DNA from: a virus
Lineage: Duplodnaviria; Caudoviricetes
Length of the DNA stretch: 36,211 bases
Strand: one strand, 5' to 3'
Virus record (IMG/VR): IMGVR_UViG_3300034071_000844
Coordinates: 1 to 36,211 of that record
Made by a program: the position numbers and the translations under genes. This document shows positions 24,556 through 33,373 of this stretch, in pieces. Under the pieces are notes generated by a model that was given only the letters and a program-made list of their open reading frames with translations, was not told the DNA's origin and ran no database searches. The stretch's first letter is position 1; the number at the start of each line of letters is the position of its first letter.

Positions 24556-25052
24556 GCTGCCACGTGCACGTGATTATCGTGCTGATCTTCGAGCGCTGAA
24601 CCTTCATCGCCAGTAATGCGTGCGCCATTCTTTACCCACGTCGCGTTATCTGGGCCGAACAATTCCAGCAGCGAGCCTGCGCCCAGCTCGCGCAAGATCG
24701 CACGCTGCGCGCTGACCATCTGGCGAGTCGACGCGCTTGCGATATCCAGACCGCGCCCGCTGTAATGGTGGCTCGTAGGCGAATGCGCGCCGTCAGTCGT
24801 AGACGTGACGACCAGACCGTATCGAGCGCCGATGCGTGCAGCCTGCTTCAGCTTGCGATTCGAAAGCGCAGGGTGTCCGTTCCAGTCGACGCGACGTTCG
24901 CGAAGCGCGCGCCTGATCTTGACTACCTTCGCACGTGCGGCGACGCGATTCTTCTTCGCGACAGGCGAACGCACGCCGCGCTTGCGACGTGCTCGAATAT
25001 ACGAAGTCAGCTTCTGAATCCAGCGCTGTAGACGCGCCTTGACCTTCTGCAT
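24552..25052 (-). CDS. Second lysin: M15-like zinc peptidase with very basic N-terminus
   Basis: HSPTSHHYSGRGLDI and HDNHVHVA (SxHxxGxxxD plus HxH). Confidence 0.75.
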   Translation of the reverse strand: MQKVKARLQRWIQKLTSYIRARRKRGVRSPVAKKNRVAARAKVVKIRRALRERRVDWNGHPALSNRKLKQAARIGARYGLVVTSTTDGAHSPTSHHYSGRGLDIASASTRQMVSAQRAILRELGAGSLLELFGPDNATWVKNGARITGDEGSALEDQHDNHVHVAA

Positions 25053-25062
25053 TTCTATCCTC

Positions 25063-25146
25063 CTAAATCCAGTAGACAGCGACCGAAGCAGCCAGACCTA
25101 CTAGGCCACCGATCACTGAGAATTTCCAAGCCGCTAGCGGTGCCAT
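25063..25146 (-). CDS. Small membrane peptide (27 aa)
   Basis: MAPLAAWKFSVIGGLVGLAASVAVYWI; overlaps end of upstream membrane gene. Confidence 0.45.
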   Translation of the reverse strand: MAPLAAWKFSVIGGLVGLAASVAVYWI

Positions 25147-25331
25147 AAGTCGAGTCGCACGCCGATAAACGCGCCTGCGGCGGTTATCAGAATGCTTGCT
25201 AGGTACCTGTCGACCTGACCAGTCGTAATCTGGTCGTACACTGCCGTTGCCGTTAGCACGACTACGATGAAGGTTGCGAGCGATTGTCTGCGCCTGCTGA
25301 AATTCGAGTTTGTGTCTGGGTTTTTCGTCAT
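25134..25331 (-). CDS. Two-TM membrane protein, holin-like (65 aa)
   Basis: LATFIVVVLTATAVY and YLASILITAAGAFIGV; upstream of lysins. Confidence 0.65.
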   Translation of the reverse strand: MTKNPDTNSNFSRRRQSLATFIVVVLTATAVYDQITTGQVDRYLASILITAAGAFIGVRLDLWHR

Positions 25332-25359
25332 TCATATCGTGGTGGTAGTGGTGTATGGG

Positions 25360-25665
25360 TTATCTGAACGCTATCCACGCGACCGAAATCGTCGTGGTGT
25401 TTGAAGTGTTATCGACGTGTCGCACGCGAGCCGTAAAGCGTCCCTGACCGCCAGCGGTGGTGTAGGTGCCAGTCTGTGCCGCATAATTAGAAGCGACAGC
25501 AGGGCTAGCTACGACTGCAGTCGGCTGAACGTTGCCCCAGTCGATATCGACCGTTGCGGTGCCCACTGCCGAAGCCGTGACGGGTACGTCAACTAATCCG
25601 AAAGCGACTTCGGAAAATGACCCAGCCCACGCAGTGAAGCCACCATCTGTAAGTATCTTCGCCAT
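25360..25665 (-). CDS. Small beta-rich tail-tip protein (101 aa)
   Basis: PTAVVASP...ISVAWIA pattern typical of small tail-tip / H-lectin-like domains. Confidence 0.6.
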   Translation of the reverse strand: MAKILTDGGFTAWAGSFSEVAFGLVDVPVTASAVGTATVDIDWGNVQPTAVVASPAVASNYAAQTGTYTTAGGQGRFTARVRHVDNTSNTTTISVAWIAFR

Positions 25666-27356
25666 TACAGAACGCCGATGAGCGCGACGCCTAGCCTTTC
25701 CAGTATCGCTTCAACCTTGTAAGCGCTGTTATCTAGCGTCAGCGTGATCGTGCGCGTATCGTGGTCGTAGCTGGTTTCAATGATCTTGCGAGCCGATTCG
25801 CCGCCAGTCAGGTCTGCGACGGTCACGTAATCACCTGCGCGAACCTGCCAGACAGGTACACGGCCCTTCGTCGGGTGTTCAATTTCGCCGGTAATCGCAA
25901 GCTGACCGCGTCGAGTCGGCATATTCTGTTCGGCAAGCCACGTCGCGGCTATCTGAATCGCGCCCGCTGACGTAGTGGTCTGGCTAATATCGAGCTTCGC
26001 CCAGCGGCGCGGAATGCCTGCGGCGTTCACTGGGTTTTCTTCGGTCGTGTCAGCGAGCAGATCGCTGGTCGCATCGGCACCAGACCCGGTCGGCCCTACT
26101 GTCAGCTGGCTACCGCTAGCGTCAGCGTAAGTCGCTACCACGCCGTTATAGACGCTGTCTGCTTGCACGCCTTCCAGATCGAGTCGCGCACCGTCGCTAA
26201 GTCGAGCAGTCCACGTCAAGCGGTCGGCGTTCGACGGCTGCCAGTAGAACGTTCGATCATTCCAGACCGCCCAGTCCCACAAGTGATAAGCGTTCACAGC
26301 CAATATGACTTCTTCAGCAGTAGTCGGCTCGCGAAATGCCAGCTGCGGAATGCTGAAGTAGCTGGTTTCAATGCTGCCGTCATCGCCAGTGCTGAAATTC
26401 AGAAGCGGTGCTGCGCGTCCGACTACGTCTGCGATGACGTCTGAGCCGTAAAAGCCCTGCGCACCTGTCGCTGACGCAGTGCCACGCTTCGTAAGACCGT
26501 GATTGCCGTAGACAGCGAGACACGTCCACGCGACCGGGTTTATCTTGCCCGGAGCGCCAGCGGTGCCAGCAGCGTAGCCAAGTCCGATTCTGCCGAAACG
26601 TCGGTTAGAAGCGGTGGTGGTCAGTGTGCCAGTCCCCGGCCCTACCGCACGCAGATTCGCAGTCGAGTCGGCAGAAGTAAAAGTGTCAGTGGTGCCAGCG
26701 CCGACGTTCCACGACCACTGCGTATCGGTGTAGGTCGGTGACGCAAGCGACTGTTTCCACGCGTAGTAGATCGAGCCAATGGCGTTGCCTGAACCTGCGT
26801 CGTAAAGCGCTTCTGAAATTGGCAGCGTATTACTGCCCCACGCGCCGTCAATCTGTGTCACTAGGCTAGGTGCGCCGGTTGACGTGTCTGGCTGCACGCT
26901 TGCTTCTGTCATCGCGTAGCCGACGCTCATAATCGACAGCTTGCGTTCAACACTGGGCGCCTGCCAGCTCGCTAGGTCACGGTCGACGTAGACTTCGCTG
27001 AAGCTGCTGTCATCGCGAAGATGCGATGCCCAGCCGACTGCGCCGACCTGCACGACCGACTGATCGCCAGCTGATCTGGGCAGCTGTGCCACGCGCCCCT
27101 GCCACGCAGTTTCGCCGCCGGGTGCGATGACACTGACGTCATCTAGCAGCCCCAGATCGTCGTAATCCGCGTCGATCTTGCGCGAAAGCGACGTCGTGCA
27201 GTCTTTGAAGCCGCCCGGTATCGAAGTAGAAAACTGCAGACCCTGCGGCACATCTTCTGCGCTCGCTTCGTCTGGCCCTAGCCGTGTAGCGGCTGCAGAA
27301 GATCGCGCCACCACCACGCTTAGTCGCGTCCGATGAAGCAGGCCAGAATCGAGCAT
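25665..27356 (-). CDS. Minor tail (hub/Tal-like) protein
   Basis: 563 aa after Dit-like gene; WQGRV and VRAGDYV patterns. Confidence 0.75.
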   Translation of the reverse strand: MLDSGLLHRTRLSVVVARSSAAATRLGPDEASAEDVPQGLQFSTSIPGGFKDCTTSLSRKIDADYDDLGLLDDVSVIAPGGETAWQGRVAQLPRSAGDQSVVQVGAVGWASHLRDDSSFSEVYVDRDLASWQAPSVERKLSIMSVGYAMTEASVQPDTSTGAPSLVTQIDGAWGSNTLPISEALYDAGSGNAIGSIYYAWKQSLASPTYTDTQWSWNVGAGTTDTFTSADSTANLRAVGPGTGTLTTTASNRRFGRIGLGYAAGTAGAPGKINPVAWTCLAVYGNHGLTKRGTASATGAQGFYGSDVIADVVGRAAPLLNFSTGDDGSIETSYFSIPQLAFREPTTAEEVILAVNAYHLWDWAVWNDRTFYWQPSNADRLTWTARLSDGARLDLEGVQADSVYNGVVATYADASGSQLTVGPTGSGADATSDLLADTTEENPVNAAGIPRRWAKLDISQTTTSAGAIQIAATWLAEQNMPTRRGQLAITGEIEHPTKGRVPVWQVRAGDYVTVADLTGGESARKIIETSYDHDTRTITLTLDNSAYKVEAILERLGVALIGVL

Positions 27357-29987
27357 TTACGCGCTCGCGTCTGAAACGGTGATACCGCGTGGCTGATAAC
27401 TGAGCCGCGCCGAAATATCGTCGATGCCTGAATCTGCGCCGCTGTCTGGTGCGTAGCGCGAAGCCTTCAGCGTAAAGCGAATGGTGCGATTCTCTCGACC
27501 GCTGGCGGGCAGCTTCAGGTAGTCGCCTTCGTAGCGGCTGACGTCATTCCAGACGCTGCCGGTCGAATCTTCGCGCACGACGGCGTCGCTTCGAAGCTCG
27601 CAAGACTGCGAAGCGAACATCGCTGCGTCTTGCTTAGCGTCAGTGGTGCCGTAAGACTCTACGCTGAAGTTATCGTAGGTGCGCGTCACGGCTGGTGAAG
27701 CCGACGTGTATTCGTCATACATACCGCCCCTACCAGAAGCCAGCGCGCCAGCAGTCGCCAGTACGCTGTCTGTGCCGCTCAGCGTCTTGACCGTAGCGCT
27801 GCCCAGTTTCAGATTCGCTGTCCAGTTTCCAGCTGTGTCTGCTGAAAGGTTGACGGCATAGGTCGAGCCTAGTCCAAGAATGAAAGTAGTCGACGTGTTC
27901 AGCGTAGTAATGGTGCCCGCGACACGCTTACGTACCTTGAAATTCGCGATGCCGAAACCTAGATAGTCAACGGTCGCGCTTAGCCAGTTATTCGAATCGA
28001 CGTAGCGAAGTATCGTGCCGAATTTACTAGCACCGTCATTCGGATAAGCAGAAATGGTAAGGCTGACCTGCGCAGCAGACGCAGTGATCGCAGTACCGGC
28101 GACTGCCCAGCGGCCAGTATTGGCAGAATCCGATACGGCAGTGCGCGTGACGTTATACGCGCTCGCGCCGGATACCTGAAAGTCATCTGCGTCGCCAGCG
28201 CCTGCCCAGTTTCCGCCAGACGAAGGTATGGCAGGCGTCTTGCCAGCGAGCGCGCCAGCGGTTTGCGTGAAAGTGTCATAGGCGTTCAGCGTCGCGATAG
28301 ACGAAGACGCTTCAGGGGTAGCAATAATTTCGCCGCCCCCGTCTTCTACCGGCACAATCCACAGATAATCGACGTCGATATCGTCGCCAATAGTGGTCGA
28401 TTTCGCAAGAATTCGACCCTCCCAGCGCTGCGTGCCCTGCGTGGTCGTGTCAAGCTTCACGACGCCCAGATCGACCAGTGAAAAGTCGCCGCGCGCTGCC
28501 GGTGACGCACTTTCATTCTGCGTGGTCTTTCTGAAGTCGCCCTGCCCCCATTCGAGCCGAAGCGAAATAGTGCCGGTGTTAGCAGTCGCGTCGAAGACGC
28601 GCGCGAAGACCCGAAAGGTGCCCACGTGCGATAGGTGCGCACCAGCACCAGTAGCCTGCGTGCTCAGCACCTGCTGCCAGTCATCGACCAGATCGCTGTG
28701 GCGCACGACGTTATTCGATGCGCCGCCAGATGCGCTGGTGCGAGTAGCGATAGCAGCCGAAGACTTCAGCGTCAGCGCTTCTGCTTCGTAGAAGGTGCCT
28801 GCAGTGCTGGCAGACGAATAGTTTCGCGATTCAATGCCCCACGCAAGCCAGCGCTGATCGACGCCCTGATCTTCGTCGACTACCAGCTTCGCAAGCGCAG
28901 GCACTTCGCCGTCAATGCCTGTTTCAGTCCACGTCAGGTGCGCTGCTGAAGTCTCAGGGTGATCGCTCAGCTGCAGCCATTCGCCGCGTCGATAGAAAGG
29001 CTTCGCAGTGAAAGTCAGTGTCGCGGTGGTGCGCTTGCCGTGTAGAAATACGTTGCCCTGCGGAATTTCCACCGACGCGTCAATTAGGTCGAAGACCATC
29101 GGCTTAGCACCGGGCGCGACCCGCTTCAGCGTGCCACCTTCGCGCACGATACGGTCAACCGTCGACTGAAGATGGTCGAGAATCGAGTAGAAGCGAGCAC
29201 CACCAGTGGCAGGACGCGTCGACGATGACTGGTGCCGCGTAGAAGACCAGCTGCAACCGGGCGTATCGCCGTCGAAGTATTCGCCCAGCGATGACGACTG
29301 CTCGATCAGCACCATAGTCGCGTATGCGTCTGAAGCGCCTGCGCCGACCTGTTCGATGCCGAAGCGCCACGTAGCAGTTGAATCGGCAGCGACCGATACG
29401 TCTAGGCGCGTCCACGTGTCAAGCGTAGACAGCGTCGAGCTAGACGCCTTCAGCGTGCCAGACGCGTTGCGCGCAGTCAGCTTCACGCCAGTCGCCGTAT
29501 TCGTATCCAGATACACGTAGGCGCTGAAGCGATAAGTCTGACCGCTGGTGACAGCAGCAGACAGGTAGGCGACGTCTGTATCGCTATTGCCTTCAGCACG
29601 CAGCGCAGTTTCTGCGCCCTGCAGACCGATAGGTGTGCCGGTCTGGTCGAGCACCACGCGAGTCATACCGGCCAGACCGCTGTTAGTCCAGCCGGTTGTA
29701 TCGACTGCGGCGCGTGGATTCGTAGCCAGATTCGTGCCAGCGCCTTCGGTCGGCTCAGCGACGCGCAGCGTCATTGAAATTTCGCGATTCTGATAGCTGG
29801 TGTGCGCCAAGAAATCGCCTTCGGTGTCAGAAGATGACGCGACTACGGGCGAGCGAGCCGGTGCAGGGTAAGCGTGATCAAGCAGCAGCGTGCCCCACGA
29901 CGTCGTACCGTTCGGGCCGACCAATTCAAGCGGCGCATTCGAAGTCGACTCGCTTACAGGATTCAGTATCAGGCGTTCACCGGGCAT
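27357..29987 (-). CDS. Distal-tail-like protein with inserted carbohydrate-binding domains
   Basis: 876 aa directly after tape measure; NLATNP..GW, YRFSAYV, YFDGD CBM-like block; TFTAKPF Dit-like motif. Confidence 0.7.
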   Translation of the reverse strand: MPGERLILNPVSESTSNAPLELVGPNGTTSWGTLLLDHAYPAPARSPVVASSSDTEGDFLAHTSYQNREISMTLRVAEPTEGAGTNLATNPRAAVDTTGWTNSGLAGMTRVVLDQTGTPIGLQGAETALRAEGNSDTDVAYLSAAVTSGQTYRFSAYVYLDTNTATGVKLTARNASGTLKASSSTLSTLDTWTRLDVSVAADSTATWRFGIEQVGAGASDAYATMVLIEQSSSLGEYFDGDTPGCSWSSTRHQSSSTRPATGGARFYSILDHLQSTVDRIVREGGTLKRVAPGAKPMVFDLIDASVEIPQGNVFLHGKRTTATLTFTAKPFYRRGEWLQLSDHPETSAAHLTWTETGIDGEVPALAKLVVDEDQGVDQRWLAWGIESRNYSSASTAGTFYEAEALTLKSSAAIATRTSASGGASNNVVRHSDLVDDWQQVLSTQATGAGAHLSHVGTFRVFARVFDATANTGTISLRLEWGQGDFRKTTQNESASPAARGDFSLVDLGVVKLDTTTQGTQRWEGRILAKSTTIGDDIDVDYLWIVPVEDGGGEIIATPEASSSIATLNAYDTFTQTAGALAGKTPAIPSSGGNWAGAGDADDFQVSGASAYNVTRTAVSDSANTGRWAVAGTAITASAAQVSLTISAYPNDGASKFGTILRYVDSNNWLSATVDYLGFGIANFKVRKRVAGTITTLNTSTTFILGLGSTYAVNLSADTAGNWTANLKLGSATVKTLSGTDSVLATAGALASGRGGMYDEYTSASPAVTRTYDNFSVESYGTTDAKQDAAMFASQSCELRSDAVVREDSTGSVWNDVSRYEGDYLKLPASGRENRTIRFTLKASRYAPDSGADSGIDDISARLSYQPRGITVSDASA

Positions 29988-32029
29988 TAGTAGCTAGCCA
30001 GCCTTCCAGCGGTCGACGGCGTCTGAACGCCCAGACCCACGCGTCCACCGATCTGCCCAGATATGGCTGCGCTCAGTGCCTGCACCAGCACGCCGTATTG
30101 CGACGTCGCTACGTTAGTCGCGTTGCGCGAAATCTGTAGCTGCTCAGACAGCAGACGATTAGTTTCTTCCAGCTGCACTGAATCGCCGCCCAGATTCGCA
30201 ATATCGTCGCGATAGCCCTTTAGCGTCTGACGGGCCTGCGTCAGGGCCTGCCAATCCATAACCTTGCGCTTGTTTTCGCCCTTGCCTATCCATTTAGAAG
30301 GCCGCTGCAACCTGCGTTCGCGCTGCGTCCAATACCGTTCAAGCGCTTTCAGTGCGGTCAGATCGTCAGACGTCGTAGGCGTCAATTCAGCGCCAGCCAG
30401 ATTCGCTTCAAGCCTTGCGACGCCGCCCTTCGCGAATCGCGGCACTGCACTATTCATCGCCATTAGACGGTCAAGACCGATGGCGCTGACCGCTCGACGA
30501 TTCATTACGAATTCGCCCGGTTCTAGCAGCGCCGGAATGGTGTCGCCTTCGCCCACGCCGGGAATGAAGCCGCCGCGCTGAAAGCCCAGAACGTCGCGAA
30601 TCTTTCCCGGCATTGACGCAATGGTGCCCTTCAGGTTGCCGATAGCGTCAGCCACGTCTTGCACGACGCCCTTGACGGTATTGAAGGCACTGACGAATAC
30701 AGACTTGACAGCGTTCGCACCGGCCTTGACCTTGCCGAAGGCATTAGACATCGCGTTCCAGATGCTTGACGCGACCGACTTGACAGCGCCCAGCGCTGCC
30801 CTGAACACACTGGCCGTAAGCTTAGCAGCGCCCTTCGCACCGTTGCTAATAAGCTTGAAGCCGTCACCCACCGGGCCGAAAACGCCTCTTATCTTCGATT
30901 CAAACCAGCGCCCCATCGCCTTGCCGAACATACTCGCGCCGGTGCTGCCCATATTCAGCAGCGTGCTGAACAGCTCACCCTTCGAATTCCACAGACCCAC
31001 CGCGATAGCAGCGATGATCTTCGGCGTCGCGACCATAAAGCCTTCGACCAGTGGCGGCGTAATCTGCGTGGTGATCTGCGTAAAGACGGGCACCAGCGCC
31101 TGAATGCCCTTCGATATCCAATTACCGACCTGCTTCCAGTCGATTGACTTGAAGGTCTTCGTAATTTCCTGACCGATGGCAGTAATCTTTTCATTCGTCG
31201 ACAGCTTCGGGTCATTGACGATCTTCGCGAAGTCAGCCATTTTCGTAGCGGCGAAGGTGATCGCAGGTGCTAGCGCCAGCGTGAAATTCTTCTGCAGACC
31301 TATCTGAGCCAGCTTCACTTTCAGCAGCGCGCTTCGCAGGTCGCCAGCTTTCTTGAAGCCCAGATCGTCGAAGGTCGCGCCGACTTCTTTCGCGTACTTC
31401 AGATTGTCTTTCAGCGCCTTCGGGCCTTCGCGAAGCAGTGGCAGCATCGACTGCCAGCCCCTACCCATAAGCTTGCTTGCAGCATTGACGCGTTCGGTGC
31501 CAGCGCCCATACCTTGCAAGCCCTTCGATATATCGACCAGAAGACCGCCGACGCCCTTCGTCTTCAGGTCTTGCAGCGAAATACCCAGCGACTGAAATAC
31601 GCCGGTCGACGATTCTGAGCCGTCTTTAGCCTGCTCGACCTGCGTTGAAAGCGTCTTGAATGCCATACCCAGCTGCGTGACTTCGATGCCACGCGACTTA
31701 GCGACTGCGGCGAACGCTGACGCTTCTTCGGTCGCCATACCCAGATTCAGTGTCAGGTTAGAAGTCGCCTTGTAAAGCTCGATGGTCTGTTCAACCGCAG
31801 CCTGCGCTTGCGAAATGCTCAGGTAGGCAGCAGCGGCACCAGCTGCGTATCGCGCAGCGCTTCTGAATGAATTGCCCAGCGTGTGCGTCGCACGATCTAC
31901 GTTTCTGACTGAGCGCGTGCCGTCGCGGTCGAATTTCCGCAGCGAGCGCGTAGCCTGACTGACGCCGCGATTCAGACCGCTGGCATCTAGGTCAATCGCG
32001 ACACGAAATTTACCGCCGGACGCAGGCAC
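29987..32029 (-). CDS. Tape measure protein
   Basis: 680 aa Ala/Gly-rich helical; C-terminal FQRGG..GDTIPALLEPGEFV. Confidence 0.9.
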   Translation of the reverse strand: MPASGGKFRVAIDLDASGLNRGVSQATRSLRKFDRDGTRSVRNVDRATHTLGNSFRSAARYAAGAAAAYLSISQAQAAVEQTIELYKATSNLTLNLGMATEEASAFAAVAKSRGIEVTQLGMAFKTLSTQVEQAKDGSESSTGVFQSLGISLQDLKTKGVGGLLVDISKGLQGMGAGTERVNAASKLMGRGWQSMLPLLREGPKALKDNLKYAKEVGATFDDLGFKKAGDLRSALLKVKLAQIGLQKNFTLALAPAITFAATKMADFAKIVNDPKLSTNEKITAIGQEITKTFKSIDWKQVGNWISKGIQALVPVFTQITTQITPPLVEGFMVATPKIIAAIAVGLWNSKGELFSTLLNMGSTGASMFGKAMGRWFESKIRGVFGPVGDGFKLISNGAKGAAKLTASVFRAALGAVKSVASSIWNAMSNAFGKVKAGANAVKSVFVSAFNTVKGVVQDVADAIGNLKGTIASMPGKIRDVLGFQRGGFIPGVGEGDTIPALLEPGEFVMNRRAVSAIGLDRLMAMNSAVPRFAKGGVARLEANLAGAELTPTTSDDLTALKALERYWTQRERRLQRPSKWIGKGENKRKVMDWQALTQARQTLKGYRDDIANLGGDSVQLEETNRLLSEQLQISRNATNVATSQYGVLVQALSAAISGQIGGRVGLGVQTPSTAGRLASY

Positions 32030-32076
32030 GCTAAATCGACTGCCTTTCGGCAGCCGTCAGTGGTCGCATATTCATT

Positions 32077-32289
32077 TCATCGCAGCCCCTGTAGGTCATC
32101 TGGCACCTGATCGAAGGCATTACCGGCTGGTCGCGCACCGTCGCCTTCGCCTGTTTCGTGTTCGACGAATCGACTGACTAGAAGCTCGCGATACCACGCA
32201 GGTATTACGTAAGACGCTTCGTACCAGTCGAATTGAAAGTATCTTCTGAGCAGGTACAGCTCGACTTCGTCCTGCTCGCTCAGGTAGGG
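32077..32289 (-). CDS. Tail assembly chaperone frameshift extension (gpT-like)
   Basis: Open -1 frame PYLSEQDEVELYLLRRYFQFDWYEASYVIPAWYRELL...GLR with no evident own start. Confidence 0.65.
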   Translation of the reverse strand, partial: PYLSEQDEVELYLLRRYFQFDWYEASYVIPAWYRELLVSRFVEHETGEGDGARPAGNAFDQVPDDLQGLR

Positions 32290-32642
32290 CGGTCGACGCT
32301 GCCCTGCCTATCTTCAGTGCCGTTAGCGGCTTCAATGGCTTCGAGCACGTCAGTCCACAGACCCAGAAACTGTCGCGGCGTGATCGCGCCGGATTCGACG
32401 CCTTCGGTCAGCACTTCAGACGCTGGCTTTTCGTGGCCGACTGGCTTGACGATCAGGTCGAAGCCTTCGGCTAGCAATTCAAGCGCCCGCGCTTCTTCGG
32501 CGTCGGTGTCGCCTATTTCTTCCATTTCAGCCATTAGGTGACTGAAGCGCTTCGACGCTTCGTATGGCATATCGACGGTTTCGTATTTCGTGCCGCCCAG
32601 ATCGACTTCGACTGGGTTATATGCTCGCAGGCTAATTGCCAC
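32280..32642 (-). CDS. Tail assembly chaperone (gpG-like)
   Basis: GTG 32642 after CAGGAG; acidic helical; ends DRPT; upstream of tape measure. Confidence 0.8.
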   Translation of the reverse strand: MAISLRAYNPVEVDLGGTKYETVDMPYEASKRFSHLMAEMEEIGDTDAEEARALELLAEGFDLIVKPVGHEKPASEVLTEGVESGAITPRQFLGLWTDVLEAIEAANGTEDRQGSVDRPT

Positions 32643-32688
32643 GTGTTTTTCTCCTGTGATCGTAGGTACAGAAAATTGCGCAATTACG

Positions 32689-32762
32689 TTGCACACTGTG
32701 TAGCAACCTGCTACACTTCTTCTTGTAAGTCAGTCAATCCACTACAGAAAGGGGTACGACTT
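32689..32762 (+). promoter_or_regulatory. Cassette promoter/operator copy G
   Basis: TTGCAC-17-TACACT with extended -10 TGn; GTGTAGC-aacct-GCTACAC 32698-32716; AT-rich upstream element. Confidence 0.88.
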
Positions 32763-32930
32763 ATGAAGCACGAAATCAGCATTACGCCGAAGGCAGCCAG
32801 CGAGCGGGGAGCGCTCGACGGTTTCCAGATTCGCTGCACGTGCGGCCACGTCGCGGGTAATAGCTTTCGCGTCGGTGCTCAGCACGACGCAAGCGCCCAC
32901 AGGCGCTGGCACGCTAAGCGCGGCAAGTAA
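32763..32930 (+). CDS. Cassette G gene: small CxC..HxxxH zinc-finger protein (55 aa)
   Basis: ATG 32763 after GAAAGGGG; RCTCGH...AHRRWH. Confidence 0.78.
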   Translation: MKHEISITPKAASERGALDGFQIRCTCGHVAGNSFRVGAQHDASAHRRWHAKRGK

Positions 32931-32949
32931 GCCGCAATTCAAGCGAAAC

Positions 32950-32971
32950 AGGCGCCTTCGGGCGTCTTTTT
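32950..32971 (+). terminator. Intrinsic terminator (shared family)
   Basis: AGGCGCC-ttcg-GGCGTCT-TTTT. Confidence 0.85.
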
Positions 32972-32981
32972 CGTGGTCTAA

Positions 32982-33047
32982 CTGCACACTGTGTAGCAAC
33001 CTGCTACACTTACGGTGTAAGTCAATCAGCTACAGAAAGGCAAGAAA
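32982..33047 (+). promoter_or_regulatory. Cassette promoter/operator copy H
   Basis: CTGCAC-17-TACACT; GTGTAGC-aacct-GCTACAC 32991-33009. Confidence 0.85.
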
Positions 33048-33320
33048 ATGACGAAGGTAAAGACCCGCAACATCGCAACGCTCATCGACCTGTTCGAAGA
33101 CCGTCGCGTCTGCATCGAACAGCAGCTGGGCGAGCTTGACGATGCGACCGCAGTGCTGCGCGATTACATCGCGACCGCCCACCTGTCGGGAATGACCGAC
33201 GCGCAGATCGTCGAAGCGTTTGGCGTCACGCTCAGCGAGTATGCCGACGTTGCACACGATCTGAGCGACGGCGTGCGCGCTGACGCGCTGGTCGACGCGA
33301 TTCGCGCTCAGCGCGCTTAG
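33048..33320 (+). CDS. Cassette H gene: acidic helix plus HTH-like protein (90 aa)
   Basis: LRDYIATAHLSGMTDAQIVEAFGVT resembles the 19255 HTH. Confidence 0.75.
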   Translation: MTKVKTRNIATLIDLFEDRRVCIEQQLGELDDATAVLRDYIATAHLSGMTDAQIVEAFGVTLSEYADVAHDLSDGVRADALVDAIRAQRA

Positions 33321-33344
33321 CACAGCAGCAGAAGCAAGCGAATT

Positions 33345-33368
33345 AGGCGCCCTGCGGGGCGCCTTTTT
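33345..33368 (+). terminator. Intrinsic terminator (shared family)
   Basis: AGGCGCCC-tgcg-GGGCGCCT-TTTT. Confidence 0.88.
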
Positions 33369-33373
33369 CGTGC

